DNA of 6,159 nt from Prasinococcaceae sp. CCMP 1430 (taxonomy: Eukaryota > Plantae > Prasinodermophyta), in NCBI GenBank assembly GCA_013416795.1, contig RQSC01000019.1:1-6159 (forward strand), written 5' to 3'. Numbering within the stretch: the first letter of the stretch is position 1; every line of letters begins with the position of its first letter. Made by a program: the position numbers and the translations under genes. Positions 1-5,469 of this stretch are shown here, in pieces. The notes beneath the pieces are model-generated. The model was not told where the DNA came from. It made no database searches and saw nothing but the letters and a program-made list of their open reading frames with translations.

Positions 1-38
1 TGGAGTAGCTGCCGAACGACGCCGCGCGCGCGCACGCA

Positions 39-61
39 GCGCAGGCGCAGGCGCAGGCGCA
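39..61 (+). repeat. (GCGCAG)x3.8 hexamer tandem repeat upstream of SLU7
   Basis: gcgcag at 39-44, 45-50 and 51-56 plus gcgca at 57-61, ending 58 nt before the SLU7 ATG. Confidence 0.8.
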
Positions 62-119
62 CGGCGCGAACGCACGCGCGCGCAGAGGGACCACACGCGC
101 GCAGCCCCCGCCGGCAGCC

Positions 120-1816
120 ATGGCGTCCAACCGGCAGTTCATGTCCTCGGACGAATGGCGCAAGGCGCAGGAGCTCGAGGAGGCGCGGAAGGTGCGGCGG
201 CGCGCACGCACGAGCGCGCGCCGCGCAGCAGCGGCAGTAGGGCAAGCCGCGCGCGCAGCGCTCGGCGGGGCGCGGTCCTCGACGACGGGGCACGAGCGAG
301 CGTCGCGCGCCTCGCTGACACGCGCCCGCCGCGCTTACCGCGCGCGCACATCGCTCTACTTTGACTGCAGGCTGGTCTGGCGCCCGCGGCCGTCGACGAG
401 GATGGCAACGCCATCAACCCGCACATCCCGCAGTACATGTCGCAGGCGCCGTGGTACCTCAACCAGCACCACCCATCGCTCAAGCACCAGCGCAACCTCA
501 ACGAGGCGAAGCGCGAGGGCATGCGCGACGACGCGCTCAAACGCGACGAGACGTACGAGGGCAAGCGCGACCGCTGGGCGGGGTTCGAGGCGGAGGAGTT
601 CGACGCGGTGTTCGAGCGCCACGCCAAGCTGGAGGAGATCAAAAAGGCCAAGGCCAAGGCGGATGCCATGCGCAAGCTGCAGGGGGGCGCGGGCGGCGCC
701 GGCGCCGACGGCGGCGCGCAGGAGCAAGGAAAGGACGACGAAAAGCTGGACGAGTCGGACGTGAAGGACGTGGGCGCCAAGGTTGAGTCGCGCGTGCGCT
801 CGGCGGGCGGCGGCTCGTCCGGCACGGTGCGCAACCTGCGCATTCGCGAGGACACCGCCAAGTACCTGCTCAACCTGGATACGGAGAGCGCGTACTACGA
901 CCCCAAGACGCGCTCCATGCGCGCCGACCCCCGCCCTGACCTACCCGACCACCTCAAGACCTTCCGCGGCGACAACTTCACGCGCGTGACCGGCGCCGCC
1001 AAGGAGATGCGCGAGCTGCAGGTGCACGCGTGGGAGGCCAACGAGCGCGGCGTCGCCATGGACACGGCAGGCCTACCCTCGCAGGCCGAGCTGCTGCACA
1101 AAGAATTCAAGCGGCGCAAGGAGGAGCTCGAGCGCAAGAAGGAGACGGCCGTCACCGACCGGTACGGCGACGCGGCGGACGTCATGCCCGAGGAGCTGAA
1201 GGTGGTGGCCGCCACGGAGCACTACGTGGAGTACGACGCCACCGGGCGCGTCCTGCGCGGCGCGGAGGCCGCCAAGGCGCGCTCCAAGTACGAGGAGGAC
1301 GCGCTCGAGCAAAACCACACGCAGGTGTGGGGCAGCTACTGCCGCGTGGCCGACGGCCAAATCCAGTGGGGCTACGGCTGCTGCGCGAGCACCACGCGCA
1401 ACTCGTACTGCGTGGGCGAGTCGGGCCGCGAGGCCGCGCTCGCCGCCGACGAGCAGATGCGCGCCAACCTCGAGGCCGCGCGCCAGCGCAAGGAGGACGG
1501 CACGGAGGCCAAGGAGCGCGCCGAGCGCGCGGCCAAGGCCAAGGAGAAGGAGGCGAAGAGGGCCGGATGGGGCGGCGAGGCGCGCGACGTGGAGCTCGAC
1601 AAGGACAAGCTCGCGGCGGCGATGGCGGCGGAGGAGGCCAAGTGGGCGGGCGAGGATGGCGAGGAGGCCGACGAGCGCAAGCGCAAGTACAACGTCACGC
1701 ACTCGGTGGACGTCACCGAGGAGGAGATGGAGGCGTACCGGCTGAAGCGGCCGAGGGCGGCCGACCCGATGGCCGACCCGAAGAAGGGCGGCACCGACGG
1801 GTACGACTTCGTGTGA
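120..1816 (+). CDS. SLU7: Pre-mRNA splicing factor SLU7, exons 120-191 and 371-1816, 505 aa
   Basis: Splicing gives [24 protein letters not shown]|[30 protein letters not shown], the conserved Slu7 N-terminus. Further Slu7 motifs: [78 protein letters not shown]. Third codon positions are strongly G/C. TGA at 1814-1816. Confidence 0.96.
192..370 (+). other. Spliceosomal intron in SLU7, phase 0, 179 nt
   Basis: AAG|GTGCGG ... CTCTACTTTGACTGCAG|GCT. A CTGAC branch-like motif lies near 314-318 with no AG between it and the acceptor. Removal restores the conserved EEARK-AGLAPA join. Confidence 0.92.
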
Positions 1817-1853
1817 GGCGAGCCCCACGCGCACGCGCGTGTGTACACTCTGT

Positions 1854-1858
1854 TGTAA
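1854..1858 (+). promoter_or_regulatory. TGTAA chlorophyte-type polyadenylation signal for SLU7
   Basis: TGTAA lies 37 nt after the SLU7 stop, in a locally AT-richer patch. UGUAA is the established poly(A) signal in many chlorophytes. Confidence 0.6.
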
Positions 1859-1954
1859 CTGTATGACGACCTTCCCGACGTGCGCGCGGCGGAGCTGCGG
1901 AAACTTTGCGCCTTCAACGGCGCGTGCGCGGTTGGGTGGCTAGTTGGTGGTTTT

Positions 1955-1982
1955 GGGCGGGCGGGCGGGCGGGCGGGGGGGG
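1955..1982 (+). repeat. (GGGC)5-G8 tract, G-quadruplex-forming motif
   Basis: GGG runs at 1955, 1959, 1963, 1967 and 1971 with 1-nt C loops, then G8 at 1975-1982, between two convergent 3' ends. Confidence 0.75.
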
Positions 1983-2083
1983 ACCGAGTGGGCGCGCGCA
2001 TGCGCGCACGCGCTCTCGCGCGCATATGAGCGCCGCAGGTCCGCATTTCAGAACAAGATTGGGGGCGCGGCCGGGCGCGCACG

Positions 2084-2088
2084 TTACA
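2084..2088 (-). promoter_or_regulatory. TGTAA polyadenylation signal for the small minus-strand gene
   Basis: Plus-strand ttaca at 2084-2088 reads TGTAA on the minus strand, 8 nt after the TGA at 2099-2097. Confidence 0.5.
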
Positions 2089-2096
2089 GGGCCGCC

Positions 2097-2387
2097 TCAC
2101 TCGCTGTCGCTGCCCGCGGCCGCCTCGGCCTCGGCCTTGGCCTTGGCTTCGGCCCTAATGCGCTTGAGCTTGCGGCGCTCGGCCTCCATGCTGAAGTCGA
2201 AGAAGTCCGGGTCGTTCTTCGCGCCATCCACCACCTTCTGAATCGTCGCGAAGAAGAGCACCACGAACGTGCCGACGCCCACCAGCCCGGTCACCTTCCC
2301 GACGACCTCCGCCCCGTCGAGCGCGCGCGCCGCCACGCGGCGCTGCGGCGCCGCCGAAGCGCGGTGGGGCGCCGCCGCCGCTCCGCG
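2097..2387 (-). CDS. Small single-TM hypothetical protein, probably plastid-targeted, 5' end missing
   Basis: RGAAAAPHRASAAPQRRVAARA (transit-peptide-like), then LDGAEVVGKVTGLVGVGTFVVLFFATIQKVV (hydrophobic helix), then the charged tail DPDFFDFSMEAERRKLKRIRAEAKAKAE..SDSE*. Host-like G/C third positions and a TGTAA after the stop. There is no in-frame ATG upstream before an in-frame TAG. Confidence 0.7.
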   Translation of the reverse strand, partial: RGAAAAPHRASAAPQRRVAARALDGAEVVGKVTGLVGVGTFVVLFFATIQKVVDGAKNDPDFFDFSMEAERRKLKRIRAEAKAKAEAEAAAGSDSE

Positions 2388-2499
2388 TACGAGGACGATG
2401 CAGAAGACGGCAGGCGGCGGCACTTGATGCGCATGTGGCTGTCCGTGCGCGACGGCTGGGAGCTACCTCCTGCTTATGCCGCGCGCTACGGCACCATCG
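2379..2499 (+). CDS. C-terminal fragment of a TauD/TfdA-like Fe(II)/2-oxoglutarate dioxygenase, partial
   Basis: Translates RSAYEDDAEDGRRRHLMRMWLSVRDGWELPPAYAARYGTI. This resembles the remembered family end (H.RTAFED..EPERKRHLLRLWL....R.LP..FAERYG.V..GDRGG). It starts abruptly at about 2379 and ends at the N at 2500. Confidence 0.7.
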
Positions 2500-2500
2500 N

Positions 2501-2626
2501 GCCGCGGCCGAGCCCGCGCCCGCGGCCGCGGCCGAGCCCGAGCCCCAGCCCGAGCCCGCCAAGCCCGAGCCAGTGCGCACAACTACCATGCTGGACGCTG
2601 GACTGTACACGTACCATCGTGATTGA
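2501..2626 (+). CDS. Probable low-complexity C-terminal tail (AAAEPAPAAAAEPEPQPEPAKPEPVRTTTMLDAGLYTYHRD*), partial
   Basis: gag-ccc/gcc-gcg codon-like periodicity, with TGA at 2624-2626. It is on the same strand as the TauD fragment and separated from it by an N whose true length is unknown. Confidence 0.4.
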   Translation, partial: AAAEPAPAAAAEPEPQPEPAKPEPVRTTTMLDAGLYTYHRD

Positions 2627-2738
2627 TATTGCACCTAACGCAGGCGAACTGCCGCATTTCGGGGGTCTTTCCCCGGTCTGCCCGCGGCGTTGGGAGCAAG
2701 ACACCTGGGGTGCCAATTTCCCTAATTGATATCGTATC

Positions 2739-2769
2739 ATTGCCGATTCGGCAATTCGGCAATTCGGAA
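2739..2769. repeat. Perfect palindrome ATTGCCGA-T-TCGGCAAT overlapping three tandem ATTCGG(C/A)A octamers
   Basis: Arms at 2739-2746 and 2748-2755. Octamers at 2746-2753, 2754-2761 and 2762-2769. Confidence 0.85.
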
Positions 2770-2842
2770 CGGCCCGAAGAAATGGTATCGTCGTTCACAC
2801 GCGCGCGCACGCGGGACATGCAAACACACACGCACTCACACA

Positions 2843-2844
2843 CA

Positions 2845-2894
<50 letters not shown>
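2843..2894 (+). repeat. (CACG)13 microsatellite in a wider CA/CG-rich tract (about 2796-2930), TLDc 3' region
   Basis: 13 perfect CACG units counted directly. Confidence 0.92.
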
Positions 2895-2896
<2 letters not shown>

Positions 2897-2974
2897 CCAC
2901 GCTCACGCACGCACGCTCGCGCACACGCGCAGGAGGTCCGCGCGCGAGGCCTGCGCGTGCGGGCTCTTCGCCTC

Positions 2975-4026
2975 TTACTTGGCGTCGGCGTCGCGTATGC
3001 GCTCGAGCTCGCCGGGCTGCCACTGCAGCGCGTTGGGCTCGTACGCCTCCGCCTTGCCGCCGATGCTCTCGCCCACGCCGGTGTAGACGCGCACGGCGGC
3101 CAGCGCGGCCTCCTTGGCGCCGCCGCCGAGCAGGGACCGCGAGCCGGAGGGCATCTTCGCGTAGTAGCTGCCGAGGCGCGACCTGGCGGCGCGGCTCGAG
3201 AGCGAGATGGCGAGGCCGTCGGGCCCCCACTGCGGGCCCTTGCCGGGCTCGTCGATGATGGCCATGCCGCTGCCGCCCACCTTGGGCAGCTTGGCGGCCT
3301 CCTCGCCGGCGCCCAGGCCCGTCCCGGCGGGCCACGCGAAGAGGAACGCCGAGATGGCGTCGCGCCAGTCGCCGTAGCCCAGCCAGCCCTTGTGTGTGTG
3401 TATGTATCAGTGCGTGTGTGTGTGTGTGTCAGTGTGTGCGTCTGCGTGTGCGTGTGTGCGCGTGTGCGCGCGAAGGCGCGCGCGTGCGTGTCCAGGCGTG
3501 GCCGCGAGCACTCGCGCACCTTGGGCTGGTACCCGCCGAAGACGGTGCCGTCGGCGGCCTCGGCGACAAGCACGCACGCGCCCATGCCGTCCACGCGCGC
3601 GTGGAAGGCGTCCTCGCTCCACCCGTCGCGCTCCGCATCGTACAGCAGCGCCAGCGGCATGAACTCGAGCTGCGTCTGGCGCAGCAGCGGCCGCACGGCC
3701 ACGAGGTCGGCGCAGCCGGCGTCGCTGTCGACGGGCGCGGCGAACTCATCCACGACGGGGGGCCACTGGTCGGGCCACTCCTCCTTGGTCATGCGCTTGA
3801 GGCCGGCGGGCTCCATGTCCTCCATGGCGCCTGCGCCGAACACGAACTTTGCGAGGCGCTCGGCGAAGCCCTCGGGCTCGGCCTTGGCGCCGCCGGTGTT
3901 GTCGCCGCCGTCAGTGCCGTCGCCGCGGCTGGCAGCGCAGCGCACACATGCGCGCGCGCGTGGCCGCGGCGCATGTGTGTGCGCGTGTGCGCGCTCGCGC
4001 GTGTGTGTGTGCGCGCGTGCGCGCAT
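2975..4026 (-). CDS. TLDc-domain protein, plastid-type; exons 4026(?)-3520 and 3388-2975, 306 aa if ATG 4026 is the start
   Basis: TLDc-type motifs LLYDAERDGWSEDAFHARVDGMGACVLVAEAADGTVFGGYQPK|GWLGYGDWRDAISAFLFAWP..KLPKVGGSGMAIID..GPQWGPDGL..SRLGSYYAKMP. TAA at 2977-2975. The 5' end is uncertain: either an in-frame ATG at 4026 or a CAG acceptor at 3931-3929. Confidence 0.88.
3389..3519 (-). other. Spliceosomal intron in the TLDc gene, phase 0, 131 nt, AAG acceptor
   Basis: AAG|GTGCGC ... CTGATACATACACACACACAAG|GGC. Removal joins GGYQPK to GWLGYG in frame. Confidence 0.88.
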
Positions 4027-4046
4027 GCGTGCGTGCGTGCGCGCGG

Positions 4047-4287
4047 NNNNNNNNNNNNNNNNNNNNNNNNNNNNNNNNNNNNNNNNNNNNNNNNNNNNNN
4101 NNNNNNNNNNNNNNNNNNNNNNNNNNNNNNNNNNNNNNNNNNNNNNNNNNNNNNNNNNNNNNNNNNNNNNNNNNNNNNNNNNNNNNNNNNNNNNNNNNNN
4201 NNNNNNNNNNNNNNNNNNNNNNNNNNNNNNNNNNNNNNNNNNNNNNNNNNNNNNNNNNNNNNNNNNNNNNNNNNNNNNNNNNNNNNN
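4047..4287. other. Assembly gap of 241 N
   Basis: Direct count. The gap must contain at least the SDR 5' end and the divergent promoter region. Confidence 0.98.
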
Positions 4288-4288
4288 G

Positions 4289-5278
4289 CGGCTGGGCGGC
4301 GCGGCGATCGACGCGGGTGCCGGCGCGGACCTCGCCAGCGTCGCGAGCGCGCGAGCCTTCGCAGGCGCGCTCCGCGCGGCGGGCGTGGACTCGGTGGACG
4401 CGCTGGTGTTCGCCTCTGGCGTGGTCTCCGCGCCGCTCTCCGCGGGGCGCACAGTGGAGGGCTACGACCTCAACGTGGGCGTGAACGCCGTGGGGCCGCT
4501 CGCGCTGGCGCTCGGCGCGCTCGACCTCGTGCGCGCCGCTCGCGGGAGAGTGGTGCTCGTGGGCTCCACCGCCGCGCTCGACGTCCCCCCCTCCACGGCC
4601 TTCCTCGATGACCTCGCGTACAACACGAGCAGGCCACACGCGCCACGCGCGGCCTACGCGGAGAGCAAGGCGCTGGGCGTGCTGCTGGTCGACGAGCTCG
4701 CCAGACGCGAGGAGGAGCTCGGCACGGGCGTCACGGCCAATGTCATACACCCGGGGCCCGCTGCCACGCTGGCCGTGCGCTACGAGCTACCCGCCAGATA
4801 CGAGCAGAGGCTCGGTATGTCCGAGGAGCAGCTCGCGCAGCAGGTGTGTGTGAGCGCGTAGTGCGCGTCGCGCGCGTGTGTGCGTGCGTGCACGCGCGAA
4901 CGCGCGCTGGCGCACTGGGCCGACCGCAGACTCTCGGCCCATCCTCGCACACACACACACGCACGCGCATGCGCACACCCGTCCCAACACGCGCACTCAC
5001 ACGCACCACACCCACCCGCGCGCGCACGTGCACGTGCACACACACACGCACACCATCAGGCGCGGCGCCTGGGCCTGCGCACCGCCGACGAGGCCGCCGC
5101 GGGCCCCGAGTGGCTTGCGGCGTCGGCCGAGGCGGCCGGCGCGACGGGCGAGTTCTTCGTCGACGCAGGCGTGCCGCTGCCCGCCGAGTACGCGCCGGCC
5201 TGGCGCACGCCCGAGGCGGCGCGGAGGGCGTGGGACGAGCTCGCGCGCGTGTGTGGGGGGATGCCGCCACCCGCGTAA
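4289..5278 (+). CDS. Short-chain dehydrogenase/reductase (RDH/WWOX/Tic32-like), 5'-partial; exons <4289-4843 and 5060-5278
   Basis: ADLASVASARAFA, VDALVFASGV, TVEGYDLNVGVNAVGP, RVVLVGS (catalytic Ser), YAESK (YxxxK, Tyr at 4655-4657), VTANVIHPG, GEFF, AARRAWD. The TGxxxGxG motif is absent and presumably lies in the gap. TAA at 5276-5278. Confidence 0.9.
4844..5059 (+). other. Spliceosomal intron in the SDR gene, phase 0, 216 nt
   Basis: CAG|GTGTGTGTG ... CACACACGCACACCATCAG|GCG. It removes an in-frame TAG at 4859-4861 and joins QLAQQ to ARRLGLRTADEAA. Confidence 0.85.
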
Positions 5279-5469
5279 TAATGCCCTCGCCGCGCTCGTG
5301 CGCAGGCCGCCCCCGTCGCGCGCGCGCGCGCGCGTGTGCGCGTGCCTCGTGCGCGTGCACTCCGTGCCGTGCATCTTACCGCCGCAGCCGGCGCGGCGGC
5401 GAGGCCCCGCGTCTACGATCGCGCGATCATGCACGGGCGCGCGCACACCAGCATACACACCGCGCGCGC

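Noticed and set aside
2501-2589. Minus-strand ATG 2589 (MVVVRTGSGLAGSGWG..) as first exon of the small gene
   Set aside because: It is out of frame as assembled, it would make the TauD-like coding segment intronic, and the plus-strand reading looks more codon-like. Not fully excluded because of the N.
2660-2674. Minus-strand GGGGAAAGACCCCCG resembles the RNase MRP/P CR-I motif (GGGGAAAGUCCCCGG)
   Set aside because: The conserved U is an A, and no CR-V partner (GGGGCUYANU) is found downstream. An Rfam scan would settle it.
2702-2714. CACCTGGGGTGCC resembles a TPP riboswitch P1/P2
   Set aside because: There is no CTGAGA or GAACCTGA..TAATGCC on the same strand, and no thiamine gene nearby.
2718-2727. 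CCCTAA as a possible telomerase RNA template
   Set aside because: It is only a single partial unit, not the roughly 1.5 repeats expected for a template.
2771-2788. Minus-strand ATACCATTTCTTCGGGCC resembles the plant U2 snRNA 5' end
   Set aside because: The invariant GCTAAGATCAAGTGTAGTA branch-pairing region and an Sm site do not follow.
2739-2894. Repeat arrays as CRISPR or a complete transposon
   Set aside because: There is no repeat-spacer structure, no transposase or RT, and no convincing TIR plus TSD. The context is eukaryotic.
4815-4820. Consensus-like GTATGT donor in the SDR gene
   Set aside because: It is phase 1 and would frameshift against the 5059 acceptor. The donor at 4844 gives an in-frame join.
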